A stretch of DNA of 64,000 nucleotides from Pseudomonadales bacterium (GCA_963664805.2 OY761612.1:1288368-1352367); one strand, 5' to 3'; positions 26,672 to 36,555 are shown, counted from the stretch's first letter. The notes: generated from the sequence alone by a model not told the origin. Numbers and translations: made by a program.

Positions 26672-27943
26672 CTACGGTTCTGGAACGTGCATGTTCCGCA
26701 TCGCCAAGGTGCTTCGATCCAATCCCATCACTTGGACGACTATGTCCTCGCCTGCGGGGAGATAAATCGTCGTGCTCTCCGTGTTGGTGACTTCAACCCG
26801 ATCGAGGGGCACTTCGTCGTCGAATCCGGCACTTCGCGCTTCCACAATGCATCTCCGCGCCGCGCACTCCGGCGTATCGAAGGAGGTCTCCTGCCTGCGA
26901 CCGCCCATTTCCATCCATGTTGGTCTGCCATTGGCGTAGCTGGTGGAAATGCCGAGTACCGCGAGATCGACGGTCGCGGGAGGTGGAATCACTGACTTGC
27001 CCTCGGAATCGACCAGCACGATTGCTTCGTCGCCGAGCAAGCCCAGTTCTCTCGCCTTCCTCCGCAGTGGATGCTCACGTTCGGGTCTGGAGCGTTCGCT
27101 GTACGCCGTTTGGCTTACGGTCAGCGAATCGAGTCCGGTAAATTGACGGAGGAAGTGGGCCATGGGCGCCCAATTGTCGGTCCTGGATTCGCGAATGTGA
27201 TCATAACCGGCGTGAACGAGAAGCTTTGCTTCGCTGTCAATGTCGAACACCCTCGTGGCGATGTTTCTCGCCTGCCACCAATCCCGCCGCTCCTGAGGGT
27301 TCATTGCGCTAGTTTCCGCGGATGTTCTCTGCCCGTCCTCTTCCTCATAGGCAATGATCCGATAGCCGAGTTCGGTCGCCGACCGGACGAGTTCCGCAAA
27401 GACAACGTCGTTCACATAGTAGCCGGTCTGTGGAATCGGATAGCCGCGCGAATTGACGGGATCTCCATTCCAGCCGGCCTCGATGGCGAGATAGCGGAAC
27501 CCCTGCTCGGCGAGCGGTGCCAACAACTCCATCGTCAAGAGCCTGTCGGACGACACATGGTGACGCTCGTTCACCATGACAATGCGGTAGTCCCGCGCTC
27601 TCTCGGTCACATATTCGACCGCCGGAACGCTTGTGACCGGAGTAGAGAACTCCCAGGAAGAATCTGGAGAAGATGCCGGATCATAGAGCGACAGCGCGGT
27701 TACATGATTGCCGACGAACGACTCCAACTGCCCTCGGTACGATTGATAGGAGTAGGCATGCGGCCCGGGCACACAGACATGTTCGAGCGCGCGGAAACGG
27801 TCAAGCGAAAACCACACACTCGTATCGTAGTTTTCTGTAGCCAATCTATTGAGCGCGTCGGGCTCGCATCGGGAATCGGCTTCAGTCTGCGGGAGCGCGT
27901 GGGCCGATATGGCCAGCAACAATGGAACCACCAAGCCTTTCAT
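26672..27943 (-). CDS. Exported protein of unknown function, tentatively ChaN/Tiki/erythromycin-esterase-like
   Basis: Signal MKGLVVPLLLAISAHALPQ. IVMVNERHHVSSDRLL and LLVHAGYDHI are reminiscent of the two His motifs of that superfamily. The assignment is weak. Confidence 0.35.
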   Translation of the reverse strand: MKGLVVPLLLAISAHALPQTEADSRCEPDALNRLATENYDTSVWFSLDRFRALEHVCVPGPHAYSYQSYRGQLESFVGNHVTALSLYDPASSPDSSWEFSTPVTSVPAVEYVTERARDYRIVMVNERHHVSSDRLLTMELLAPLAEQGFRYLAIEAGWNGDPVNSRGYPIPQTGYYVNDVVFAELVRSATELGYRIIAYEEEDGQRTSAETSAMNPQERRDWWQARNIATRVFDIDSEAKLLVHAGYDHIRESRTDNWAPMAHFLRQFTGLDSLTVSQTAYSERSRPEREHPLRRKARELGLLGDEAIVLVDSEGKSVIPPPATVDLAVLGISTSYANGRPTWMEMGGRRQETSFDTPECAARRCIVEARSAGFDDEVPLDRVEVTNTESTTIYLPAGEDIVVQVMGLDRSTLAMRNMHVPEP

Positions 27944-27970
27944 CAGCGGCTCTACATCGCTGCGTGGCGG

Positions 27971-28105
27971 CTAGCTGGCGTTGGTGGAGAGGAAGATCAG
28001 CAGGTTCTGTTCGATGGCTTCGGACAGGCCGGGGACGAAAAGGATGGAGCCGGCCACCAGCACGGTGACGGCCAGGCAAACCGCGAGATAGGTTCTGTTG
28101 GACAT
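27971..28105 (-). CDS. Possible 44-aa membrane peptide
   Basis: Below the ORF-track cut-off. GGAGG lies 5 nt upstream of the ATG. Sequence is MSNRTYLAVCLAVTVLVAGSILFVPGLSEAIEQNLLIFLSTNAS. It sits between two co-directional genes. Confidence 0.35.
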   Translation of the reverse strand: MSNRTYLAVCLAVTVLVAGSILFVPGLSEAIEQNLLIFLSTNAS

Positions 28106-28114
28106 GGCTGCCTC

Positions 28115-28645
28115 CTAGACGTTCATACCGCGCGGAGCGAGTTCGAATACCCAGAGGTTGCCCGATTCCACGCTTTCGCGGCTGGAATTGCCGCCGTATT
28201 TTTCCCGCAGGGCGGCCGTGACGCCATCGAGCGCTTCGCCCTCGCGGATGCGCACGATTTGACGCTCGTAGCGAACGCCGTCGATTCGCACGACGGCCAT
28301 GCCATCGCCTTCGTCCGCGTCCACCGCCCAATGTTTCCAGATGCGGCCGAGCGTCGTGCCCATGTAGCCGCTGACGACGTACAGTTTTCCCTCGCTTTCG
28401 AGTATGAAAATCAGGCGTGAACTCGGTGGGGCCGGGTTGGTCAATTCGAGTTCAACAAGCTGAATGTCCCGAGTGAAGCCCCAGTCGGGTTCAGGGCCGG
28501 TGTAGAGCTCGCCGGAGACGAGTTCGCCGCCCGGAAAGACGATGGAAGGGCCATCCGCGTTGCGATTTTCCATCCTCAGGGTGACATAGGCCACCACTGG
28601 AATCAGCACCGCGATGCCAATCAATTGCAGGATCAGTCGCAACAT
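28115..28645 (-). CDS. Membrane-anchored protein of unknown function
   Basis: 176-aa ORF with GAGGG upstream and an N-terminal TM segment, MLRLILQLIGIAVLIPVVAYV. Confidence 0.5.
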   Translation of the reverse strand: MLRLILQLIGIAVLIPVVAYVTLRMENRNADGPSIVFPGGELVSGELYTGPEPDWGFTRDIQLVELELTNPAPPSSRLIFILESEGKLYVVSGYMGTTLGRIWKHWAVDADEGDGMAVVRIDGVRYERQIVRIREGEALDGVTAALREKYGGNSSRESVESGNLWVFELAPRGMNV

Positions 28646-28674
28646 CGCACGGCCCTCGCTTTATCCGTCCCGTC

Positions 28675-30702
28675 TCAGTAACCGGAAGACTGGGGCGCCG
28701 CAGCGGGCAGGGCCATGGCGGTCAGTTTCGAGCCGGTCTGCAGCATGATGTATTGATGGCCGTCGTACACCCAGGAACTCATGCCGTAGTTCGAGCGTGC
28801 CGGAACTTCGATCTCGGCCATGATTTCGCCGCTGTCCTTGTCGATCGAGTACAACATCGGCGTACCGTCGCTCGCCACATCGGTATAGACCAGCATGTTT
28901 GGCGTGATCACCATGGGCACCAGGTTGCCGGTGCCGGTGTTGCCGATGTCCACGCCTTCCAGCGCGGGGCTGTTGGCAATGCGGGCCGGCGTCTCACCGG
29001 TGGGAATCTGCCACAGGTGCTCGCCGGTGTTCATGTCGATGGCGACGATGCGGCTGTAAGGCGGCTTCCAGACCGGAATGCCCGAGCGCAGCCTCGGCGG
29101 GCGGGCGGTCGCGCCGCGCACGGCGTTGGCGTATTGCGCCAGGGTCGTGCCGGTCGGATTCGGGAACAGCAGATCGGCTTCCTCGCCGGGGATCAGGCGC
29201 AGCGCGAAACAGGCCTTGTGCGAGGAAATGTACAACACGCCGGAATTGGGGTCGGCGACCGGCGGCGAAGTGATATTCGCGCCCCCTGCCCCGCCCGGAC
29301 AATTCATGGCGGCGTACTTGCCTTCGGGATTGTCGGAGTGGATGGGAGGATTGAACAGTCCGCCCATCACGTAGTCATCCATCACTTCCAGCGCTTCGGC
29401 GCGAAGCTCAGGCGTGAAGTCAACAATATCGTCTTCGGTGAAGCCCTGCATATCGAATGGTTCGGGCCAGGTCACATGGGGCTGGGTCGGCGAGAGCACC
29501 TCGCCGGGCACGATCGAAGGCGGCACCGGACGATCGACGATGGGCCAGACCGGTTCGCCGGTAAGGCGGTTGAAGGTGTATACCCAGGCCTGTTTTGTCA
29601 CCTGGGCGACCGCGGGAATGGTCTGGCCGTCCACATTGATATCGAGCAGCAACGGCGCCGTGGGCGTATCGAAATTCCAGATCTCGTGCTTCACGAACTG
29701 GAAATGCCAGGCGCGCTCGCCGGTGCGGGTATCGAGTGCGATGATGCTTGCGCCGTAGAGATTGTCGCCGGGACGGAAGCCGCCGTAGTAGTCGATGGTG
29801 GCGCTGTTGGTGGGGATATACACCAGGTTGTTGGCCGGGTCGGCTGACAGCGGCGCCCAGGAGGAGACGTCGCCGGTCCATTGCCAGGCATCGTTTTCCC
29901 AAGTCTCGTGGCCGTATTCGCCGGGGCGCGGAATGACGTTGAATTTCCACTTGAAGTCGCCGGTGTTCTTGTCGTAGGCGAGGATGTCGCCGGGCACGTT
30001 TTCGATCCGCGCCTGGAGGTAGCCCTGTTCGGCAGAGTTGCCGATGACGATGGTGTCGTTGACCACGATAGGCGGTGAGGAGGAGGTGATGTAACCGGTT
30101 TCCAGCGGAATGCCTTCGTAAGGGTCATAGGGATGGCCCAGATCGGCAAGCAAGTCGACCACGCCGGTTTCAGGGAAGCCATCAATGGGCACGGGGTTGC
30201 CGAAGCCTTCCAGCGGATGGCCGGTCTTGGCGTCGAGCGCGGTCAGGAAGAACCCGGGGGAGACGATGTAAATCACGCCGCGGCCGTCAACTTCGGCGTA
30301 CGCGACGCCCTTGCCGTAGTCGGCGCGCATGGAATACTCGGCGCGTGGGGTGTCGGGCTCGCGGTAGGTCCAGATGGTGTCGCCGGTCTTCGGGTCGATG
30401 GCGACGACGTAGCGCTTGTAGCCCACGACGGTGTAGAGAATGCCGTCGATCAGCGATGGTGTGGAGCGCCCGCTGACGGCGTTGAAGCTCGCGCCATCCC
30501 ATTCCCAGGCAACTTCGAGTTCGGAAAAGTTCTCGGCGGTGATTTCATCCGCGGGGGTGTAGCGGGTGTGGGCGAAATCATTGCCCAGGGTAAACCACTG
30601 GCCGGCGTCGCTGCTGTACAACTCGCCGTCGGCAGCCTGGGCGGATCCAGCGACGCACAGCGCGAGCGCGGGCAGGATTTTCTTCAATTCAGGAATTCGC
30701 AT
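28675..30702 (-). CDS. PQQ-dependent dehydrogenase, glucose/quinate/shikimate family-like, exported
   Basis: Trimmed to MRIPELKKILPALALCVAGSAQA, with GGAGG 8 nt upstream. Motifs include KHEIWNFDTPTAPLLLDI and GGAGGANI. It is a clear paralogue of the 21137-23164 product. Confidence 0.75.
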   Translation of the reverse strand: MRIPELKKILPALALCVAGSAQAADGELYSSDAGQWFTLGNDFAHTRYTPADEITAENFSELEVAWEWDGASFNAVSGRSTPSLIDGILYTVVGYKRYVVAIDPKTGDTIWTYREPDTPRAEYSMRADYGKGVAYAEVDGRGVIYIVSPGFFLTALDAKTGHPLEGFGNPVPIDGFPETGVVDLLADLGHPYDPYEGIPLETGYITSSSPPIVVNDTIVIGNSAEQGYLQARIENVPGDILAYDKNTGDFKWKFNVIPRPGEYGHETWENDAWQWTGDVSSWAPLSADPANNLVYIPTNSATIDYYGGFRPGDNLYGASIIALDTRTGERAWHFQFVKHEIWNFDTPTAPLLLDINVDGQTIPAVAQVTKQAWVYTFNRLTGEPVWPIVDRPVPPSIVPGEVLSPTQPHVTWPEPFDMQGFTEDDIVDFTPELRAEALEVMDDYVMGGLFNPPIHSDNPEGKYAAMNCPGGAGGANITSPPVADPNSGVLYISSHKACFALRLIPGEEADLLFPNPTGTTLAQYANAVRGATARPPRLRSGIPVWKPPYSRIVAIDMNTGEHLWQIPTGETPARIANSPALEGVDIGNTGTGNLVPMVITPNMLVYTDVASDGTPMLYSIDKDSGEIMAEIEVPARSNYGMSSWVYDGHQYIMLQTGSKLTAMALPAAAPQSSGY

Positions 30703-30798
30703 GGAATGACCTCCAAAAAGTCCGGCCGATATTCCCACATTTTCACTGACAATTCATCTGTTGTGGCTTCAATCCATTTAAAGGATTAAGAGGTTCCC

Positions 30799-31869
30799 TC
30801 AGGGTCGCACGCGCACATACTTCCTGAGCGTTCGGGCATTGGCATGAGGGGCGGGGATGGGCTCTCCACCATAAATGTTGCCATCGAGGTCGACAGTAAC
30901 GAACTCCGCTCCATTCCCTGGAATGATGTTGGGATTTGCCCAGGGGAAGCGAATAAACTCACTCACCCATCCAGTCTCGTATTCGCCGATTCGGATGCCA
31001 ATTTCATACCCCGGGTTCTGTACGTTGTCTGACTCTGAGTCGGCGACATAGATTCGCCCCATGGTATCGAAGGCAATTCCGCTTGGTCGCCCGAACTGGG
31101 TCCAGGTGCCTTCGTGGTTGCCCTCCTGGTCGAAAATCTGAATCCGGCTGTTGCTACGATCTCCCACGAACACCCGGCCGTTCGGGTCGATGGCAATGGC
31201 GTGCAGGGCGCGGAACTCTCCCGGTCCGTAGCCGGTCTCTCCCCAGGACATGAGAAATTGACCGCGGCTGCTGTACTTTGCCACTCGATTGTTTCCATTC
31301 GCAGCATGGCCATCAGCAATAAACACATCGCCGTTGGCCGCGACTGCTACATCACTCGGTTCGGTGAAGTGGTACGGGCCGTCTCCCGATTCTCCGGGCG
31401 TGCCGATTGTCAGCAGGACTTCGCCGGTGGGGCTAAACTTGACGACGAGATGGCCGCGATCGTCGCCCGGCGGAATATTTCTATCAGCTACGGCGTCAGT
31501 CACCCAAACGTTGCCGTCGGAATCCACATCAAGCCCATGGGGCCAGATAAACATGCCGCCACCGAAGGACTCGACCACGTTGCCATCGGGATCGAATTTC
31601 AAGACGGAATCCAGGTCTGAATCAACGCATTCCGCACCAAACTGACTCTGTGGGGCATCGCAACGGATAATCGCCCAGACATGGCGCCCGTCGATGTCGA
31701 CTTCTGCCTTGCCGACTGCGCCCATTGTCCTGCCGCCAGGCAGTTTTGCCCACCCTTCGACGATTTGATAGTGATTTGTGGAATTCTGCGCGACGGAATG
31801 CAGCGGTACGAGCAAAGATGCCAGTCCAAGCAGAGCGGCCACGGATACGATTCGATTGCGAAAAGACAT
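30799..31869 (-). CDS. NHL-repeat six-bladed propeller, peptidyl-alpha-hydroxyglycine alpha-amidating lyase (PAL)-like, exported
   Basis: Signal MSFRNRIVSVAALLGLASLLVPLHSVAQ. NHL repeats include GEFRALHAIAIDPNGRVFVGDRSNSRIQIFDQEGN, PSDVAVAANGDVFIADGH and GRIYVADSESDN. Confidence 0.65.
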   Translation of the reverse strand: MSFRNRIVSVAALLGLASLLVPLHSVAQNSTNHYQIVEGWAKLPGGRTMGAVGKAEVDIDGRHVWAIIRCDAPQSQFGAECVDSDLDSVLKFDPDGNVVESFGGGMFIWPHGLDVDSDGNVWVTDAVADRNIPPGDDRGHLVVKFSPTGEVLLTIGTPGESGDGPYHFTEPSDVAVAANGDVFIADGHAANGNNRVAKYSSRGQFLMSWGETGYGPGEFRALHAIAIDPNGRVFVGDRSNSRIQIFDQEGNHEGTWTQFGRPSGIAFDTMGRIYVADSESDNVQNPGYEIGIRIGEYETGWVSEFIRFPWANPNIIPGNGAEFVTVDLDGNIYGGEPIPAPHANARTLRKYVRVRP

Positions 31870-31956
31870 GGGGAATCCTTAACGTGTATTGAGTGAACTG
31901 TCAGGAATGTAGCATGTTGAGATTCAATCTACCATTACGAGGATTGTCAGGCTTTC

Positions 31957-33600
31957 TCAATCCTCGGGCAGGGCGAATGATGCCAAAACGTGGCCTGAGA
32001 TGAAGCTCAGGTATTGGATGCCGTCGACCATGTAGGTGATTGGCGCCATGACGATTTGGCCGCCGAGGTTCTTTTTCCAGAGCAGTTCGCCGCTGGTGGC
32101 GTCGAGGGCGTGGATGTAGCCTTCGCGACCGCCGGTGAATAGGAGGTCGGTGGCGGTTGTGAGCATGCCGCTGTCGCTGACGTCGAATTGCTCGAATTCC
32201 CAGACTTCCTCGCCGGTGCGGGGATCGAGCGCCTTCAACGAGGCATGGCCCACTTCGTCGGTCCAGTTGTTGATCGGATTGGTGCGACCGATGCCGACTC
32301 CGGGCGCTCCCGGCGCTGGCGTTAGCACCTCGAAGCCGCCGCCGAGAAAGGCCCGCCCGGGCACGTATTCCGATTCCTCCGGCTCGTAGATCGTCGCGTA
32401 GTCCTCCCAGGCGCTGAAATAGAACAGTTCCGTGCGCGGGCTCCAGGACGGCGGATACCAGTTGGTGCCGCCCTGGTTGCCGGGCCAGGTGGGCATGCCT
32501 TCGGGCTGCGGCGTTGGAATGGGCCGGCCGTTTTCGTCGAGTCCGCTCGACCAGTTGACGCGCACGAAGGGACTGCCGAGCAGGTATTCGCCGTCGGTGC
32601 GGTCGAGCACGTAGAAATAGCCGTTGCGGTTCGCCCAGAGCATGAGCTTGCGCTGCTCGCCCCGCCATTCCATGTCCGCCAGCACCGGCACCTGCACGGC
32701 GTCGTAGTCGTAGCCGTCGTTGGGCGTGAACTGGAAATACCAGCGCAATTCACCGGTGTCGGCGTCCAGCGCGATGACCGAATCCGAATAGAGGTTGTCG
32801 CCGGGACGCTGGGCGGCGTTCCAGTCCGGACCGGGGTTGCCCACGCCCCAATAGGTGAGATTTTCTTCGGGATCGAACGAGCCGGTAATCCAGACCGGCG
32901 CGCCGCCGTATTGCCAGTCGTCGCCCTCCCAGGTCTCGTGACCCGGCTCGCCGGGAGCGGGAATGGTATAGGTTTTCCAGGCGAGTTCGCCGGTTTCCGC
33001 GTAATAGGCCGCGACATAGCCGCGGATGCCGAATTCACCGCCGCCGACGCCGACGATGATCTTGTCCTTCACCGCGAGCGGCGCCATGGTCACCGAATAC
33101 GCCAGGTTCACGTCGCCGACTTCAACATCCCAAATCGGTTCGCCGTTGATTCGGTCCACCGCCACGAGGCGGGCGTCGAGCGTGCCCATGAAGACGCGGT
33201 CGCCGAGCACCGCCACGCCGCGGTTGTTGGCGCCGCAGCAGACCAGGGCGTTGTCCGCGGGAGTGTGGACGTATTTCCAGAACACGCGGCCGGTGACGGG
33301 ATCCACCGCCATGATGCTGTTCGGACGCTCGGTCAGATACATGACGCCATCGGCGACGATGGGACTCGACTGCCAGGCGCCGAAGACCTGGTTCTGCAAC
33401 AGCCAGCGCAATTCCAGATCTCCGACGTTTTCCTGGTCGATCTGGGTCAGCCTGCTGTAGCGCTGGCTCATGTAACTGCCGTTATAGGTCAGCCAGCTTT
33501 CCGGTTCGTCTTCGGCCTGGAGTATCCGCTCGTAGGATATCTGTGCGTATGCCGGCGCCGCTAGCAGCGCCAGCAAAATCGTCCACGCGAATCTTTTCAT
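31957..33600 (-). CDS. PQQ-dependent alcohol dehydrogenase (methanol/ethanol family) with the DYD motif of lanthanide-type enzymes
   Basis: Signal MKRFAWTILLALLAAPAYAQ. Motifs are WLTYNGSYMSQRYSRLTQI, the vicinal Cys pair in ALVCCGANNRG, GNPGPDWNAAQRPGDNLY and NDGYDYDAVQ. The ATGA overlap couples it to the upstream cytochrome gene. Confidence 0.8.
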   Translation of the reverse strand: MKRFAWTILLALLAAPAYAQISYERILQAEDEPESWLTYNGSYMSQRYSRLTQIDQENVGDLELRWLLQNQVFGAWQSSPIVADGVMYLTERPNSIMAVDPVTGRVFWKYVHTPADNALVCCGANNRGVAVLGDRVFMGTLDARLVAVDRINGEPIWDVEVGDVNLAYSVTMAPLAVKDKIIVGVGGGEFGIRGYVAAYYAETGELAWKTYTIPAPGEPGHETWEGDDWQYGGAPVWITGSFDPEENLTYWGVGNPGPDWNAAQRPGDNLYSDSVIALDADTGELRWYFQFTPNDGYDYDAVQVPVLADMEWRGEQRKLMLWANRNGYFYVLDRTDGEYLLGSPFVRVNWSSGLDENGRPIPTPQPEGMPTWPGNQGGTNWYPPSWSPRTELFYFSAWEDYATIYEPEESEYVPGRAFLGGGFEVLTPAPGAPGVGIGRTNPINNWTDEVGHASLKALDPRTGEEVWEFEQFDVSDSGMLTTATDLLFTGGREGYIHALDATSGELLWKKNLGGQIVMAPITYMVDGIQYLSFISGHVLASFALPED

Positions 33601-34373
33601 AGCGCACCTCGCAAGGTCAGCAGGAAAGCCACCAGGTCGGCTACTTCCTCTTCGTTCATGTCGACGGGCGGCTTGCTCGGTTCGCGGCTGATCTCGAAGC
33701 TGCCGAGATCAGCCTTGGCGAAAGAGCGCAGGCGCTCTGTGGAATCGAGCAATTGCACGGTATGAGTGTCCTCATTGAGGCGGCGGCCGGTGACCACTTC
33801 CTCGTCGAGGGTAACGAGCCGGACAGGCCGGTTGATCGGCATCAGGGCCGCTGCCGGATCGAGCAGATTGAGTTGCAGCACGGCAGGCGTGCGGATGGCG
33901 CCGATGTCGCTGAGATCGGGCGCGGTGCGCGGCCCTTCCCCGTTCACCCGATGACAGTCCGCACAACCGCCCCGACCGTAAAAGAGTTCTTCGCCGCGCG
34001 CCGCGTCGCCGATTCTCACGGCAACGCCTTCGGGGTCGAACCCGGCCCGGATGTAGGCGATGATGCCCTCCATCTCGTTTTCGCCGAGCGCTGCCGCCGG
34101 CATCTGCCCTTCGCCCGAACCTTCGGCGATGACGCGGCGCAGATCCTCGTCCGACGCCACGCCGCGAAAGATTCCCAGCCGCAGGTCTATGCCGTCGACA
34201 AGCGCGCCCTGGGGCCCATGGCACAAGGCGCATTGGCTGGTGTAGATGCGCGACCCGAGTTCGATCGCTTCGGCAGTGTATTGGTGATCGCCCACGGCCT
34301 GGGACCGCGCCAGCGGCGGCAAGGCCAATAATGCCAGCAACAAGACGCCCGCGCCCAACTTGGCTCGAATCAT
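33597..34373 (-). CDS. Diheme c-type cytochrome, exported
   Basis: Trimmed to MIRAKLGAGVLLLALLALPPLARSQA. Two CxxCH sites are present (CALCH, CADCH). The second domain has a long insertion and ends ...EEVADLVAFLLTLRG. Confidence 0.7.
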   Translation of the reverse strand: MIRAKLGAGVLLLALLALPPLARSQAVGDHQYTAEAIELGSRIYTSQCALCHGPQGALVDGIDLRLGIFRGVASDEDLRRVIAEGSGEGQMPAAALGENEMEGIIAYIRAGFDPEGVAVRIGDAARGEELFYGRGGCADCHRVNGEGPRTAPDLSDIGAIRTPAVLQLNLLDPAAALMPINRPVRLVTLDEEVVTGRRLNEDTHTVQLLDSTERLRSFAKADLGSFEISREPSKPPVDMNEEEVADLVAFLLTLRGAL

Positions 34374-34493
34374 GACTTCGCCTTCCCCGCTCCAGCCCGA
34401 AAAACCGGCAGCATAGCCGCTTGCCCGCTTTCGGTCCATGCCTTCGGCGAACAGCCGATGGGACTGGCCTTGTCCGGCCGCCCGGCCTCGAAA

Positions 34494-34895
34494 TCATCGG
34501 CGCCAGTTTTCCAGGCGAAGACCTTCAACCCGCTTGAATTCATCCAGATTGTTGGTCACCAGCACCAGACTCTCACTGCGGGCATGGCTTGCTATATGCA
34601 AGTCGTTGGGGCCGATTACCGTGCCCTTGCGTTCCAGTTGCGCCTTGATATCGCCATAGTGGTCCGCGGCTTTCCGCCCGTAATCGAGCACACGCAAGCG
34701 GGATGCGAAGTCTTCGACCCGTCGTGAAGCCGCAGACGGATTCCCGCTCTTGTTGGCGCCGTGCAGCAACTCCGCCAGACTGACGGCGCTGAGGCACAGC
34801 GATTCGGCGTGTTCGTTGAACGTGTGCAGAATCTCGACGGGTCTTTTGTTGATTATGTAAATCGATATGTCCGTATCGAGCATGTACTTGATCAT
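34494..34895 (-). CDS. vapC: Type II toxin VapC (PIN-domain ribonuclease)
   Basis: MIKYMLDTDISIYII starts the protein. The acidic PIN residues are D in LDTD, E in LAEL and D in PNDLHIA. A 4-nt ATGA overlap joins it to the antitoxin gene. Confidence 0.85.
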   Translation of the reverse strand: MIKYMLDTDISIYIINKRPVEILHTFNEHAESLCLSAVSLAELLHGANKSGNPSAASRRVEDFASRLRVLDYGRKAADHYGDIKAQLERKGTVIGPNDLHIASHARSESLVLVTNNLDEFKRVEGLRLENWRR

Positions 34896-35125
34896 TCGAT
34901 CGGTTCCCGCTCCCGCTGAACCCCTTGATCGCCGCGTTCGATATCGATGTCTTCGTTATCGCCGGCCAGAAAGAAACTGTCCCAGGTCCGGTCTATGGGG
35001 GACAGCACACGGTCGCACCCGCATATGCGGACCTTTACTTTTTTCACTTCCGCCGGAAAGCGCGTTCCAACGGGCAAGCGAACAGCCTGGGTGCGATTGT
35101 TTTCAAATATGGAACCTATCGCCAT
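34892..35125 (-). CDS. vapB: Type II antitoxin VapB (AbrB/SpoVT-type)
   Basis: 77-aa ORF. MAIGSIFENNRTQAVRLPVGTRFP is typical of VagC/VapB AbrB-fold antitoxins. Confidence 0.8.
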   Translation of the reverse strand: MAIGSIFENNRTQAVRLPVGTRFPAEVKKVKVRICGCDRVLSPIDRTWDSFFLAGDNEDIDIERGDQGVQREREPIE

Positions 35126-35256
35126 TGCCGTCTCCTCAATTCATGCCATGCGACTGAATATCATTGTATGTTGCCCGTTTGTATATGGCAAAGGTATATG
35201 AATCCGCCTCACATCGCCCGGCAGGGGCGAGGGGCTTGGATTTCTCGATTCACTAA

Positions 35257-35292
35257 GCGCAGGATGACGGTTTCCCCACCGTCATCCTGCGC
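35257..35292. repeat. Family B-related palindrome (14-bp stem)
   Basis: gcgcaggatgacgg-tttcccca-ccgtcatcctgcgc. Confidence 0.6.
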
Positions 35293-35641
35293 GGGGCGGA
35301 GCGGATGAGAACGCCCGCGGGTTGTAGATGTCCTTGACGGCCTCTACCAGGCGAATCCCGGCGGACGCCAATCTGGCCGGACTAGCCAGCACAATGTTCT
35401 CCAAGCCGCCTGGCACGGCGGCGCTGGGTACGGAAAGAAGCGTTTCTTCTCCGTTAAGCAGCCACTCGGTTACCTTTTGCCGGGTCCAATGGGAATGGGG
35501 AATGTCCCATTCCGTGGTTCGTGAGAGGCGCAGCGGCGCGGGGTCTGTTATATTTTGGCGTCGTATCACCGGTGAAGGCGGCGGTAGGTTCTTGACGCCG
35601 CCTTCAGTCATGACATCTGCGGAGGTTATCGACCATGACAA
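35282..35641 (-). pseudogene. C-terminal remnant of a RES-domain toxin
   Basis: ...VTEWLLNGEETLLSVPSAAVPGGLENIVLASP...DIYNPRAF matches the C-terminal half of RES toxins (VPS...N...NP...R.F). The N-terminal Arg/Glu part and the cognate antitoxin are missing. The ORF has only a TTG at its 5' limit, where the polyesterase gene begins. Confidence 0.45.
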
Positions 35642-36555
35642 GCGCGAGAATCAACCGGATCCTTTCCTATGCCCTGCTCCTGCTGGCGGCGGGCCTGTTG
35701 CTGTTGCCCGCGGCTTACGCCCAGGACAACAGCCAGGGGCGGTACCGGCCCGAAGGCCGACAGATCGGCGTCGCCTCCGGGCGCGAATTCGGCGAGCGGA
35801 TCTATGAAGTCCGCACATACGAGACGAATCCCGGCATTGCCGAATTCGCCGACGTCATGGTTTTCTATCCGCTCACCTTGAGTTTTGACCGGCCCAACGG
35901 CGCAATCGCCTTTTCCCCAGGCTTCCGCGCGGCGGCGGACAACTACGAATGGTGGGGTCCGGCGCTGGCTTCACTGGGCTACAACGTCTTCATTCTCAAT
36001 ACCAACGAGCCGACCGACGACCTTGACGCGCGCGCCGACGCGCTGGCCGCGCTGGTGGATTTCATCAAGGCCGAGAACGCCAATCCAGACAGCCCGGTGG
36101 CAAACAAGATCGATGAAAACAGGATCGCGCTGATGGGCCATTCCATGGGTGGCGGAGCGGCGCTGGCGGCTGCCGACCGGCTCGGCGACGCGGTCGGCGC
36201 GGTGATTCCGCTGGCGCTGTATTGCTGCAATCCCGGCGGTTCCTTCGAAGGCGACTACGGTTCCCTGTCCGCCGCGGCTCTCGTCATCGCGAGCGCCGAA
36301 GACACCGTGGCGCCACCGGAAGCCCACGCGCGGCTGCTATACGATTCGCTGGGAAGCGAGAACAAGATCTACATGGAATTCGCCGCCGGCGACCACATGT
36401 TCCCCGCCAACGGCGGCCCGGAACTCGCCACCATGGGCCGCTTCACCCTGGCCTTCCTGAAAGCCTATCTCGACGGAGTCGAAGGACTGGAGCAGCACGT
36501 CGCCGAGCCGGGCGACGCCTACGCCGACAGATTCTCAATCTATCTAGCCCCGTAA
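35635..36555 (+). CDS. Secreted alpha/beta hydrolase of the cutinase / PETase-like polyesterase (dienelactone hydrolase) type
   Basis: GGAGG lies 10 nt upstream. Signal MTSARINRILSYALLLLAAGLLLLPAAYAQ. Motifs are AIAFSPGFRAAADNYEWWGPALASLGYNVFILNTN, the nucleophile elbow MGHSMGGGAA (Ser codon 36142-36144), the Asp in SAEDTVAP and the His in AGDHMF. Confidence 0.7.
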   Translation: MTSARINRILSYALLLLAAGLLLLPAAYAQDNSQGRYRPEGRQIGVASGREFGERIYEVRTYETNPGIAEFADVMVFYPLTLSFDRPNGAIAFSPGFRAAADNYEWWGPALASLGYNVFILNTNEPTDDLDARADALAALVDFIKAENANPDSPVANKIDENRIALMGHSMGGGAALAAADRLGDAVGAVIPLALYCCNPGGSFEGDYGSLSAAALVIASAEDTVAPPEAHARLLYDSLGSENKIYMEFAAGDHMFPANGGPELATMGRFTLAFLKAYLDGVEGLEQHVAEPGDAYADRFSIYLAP

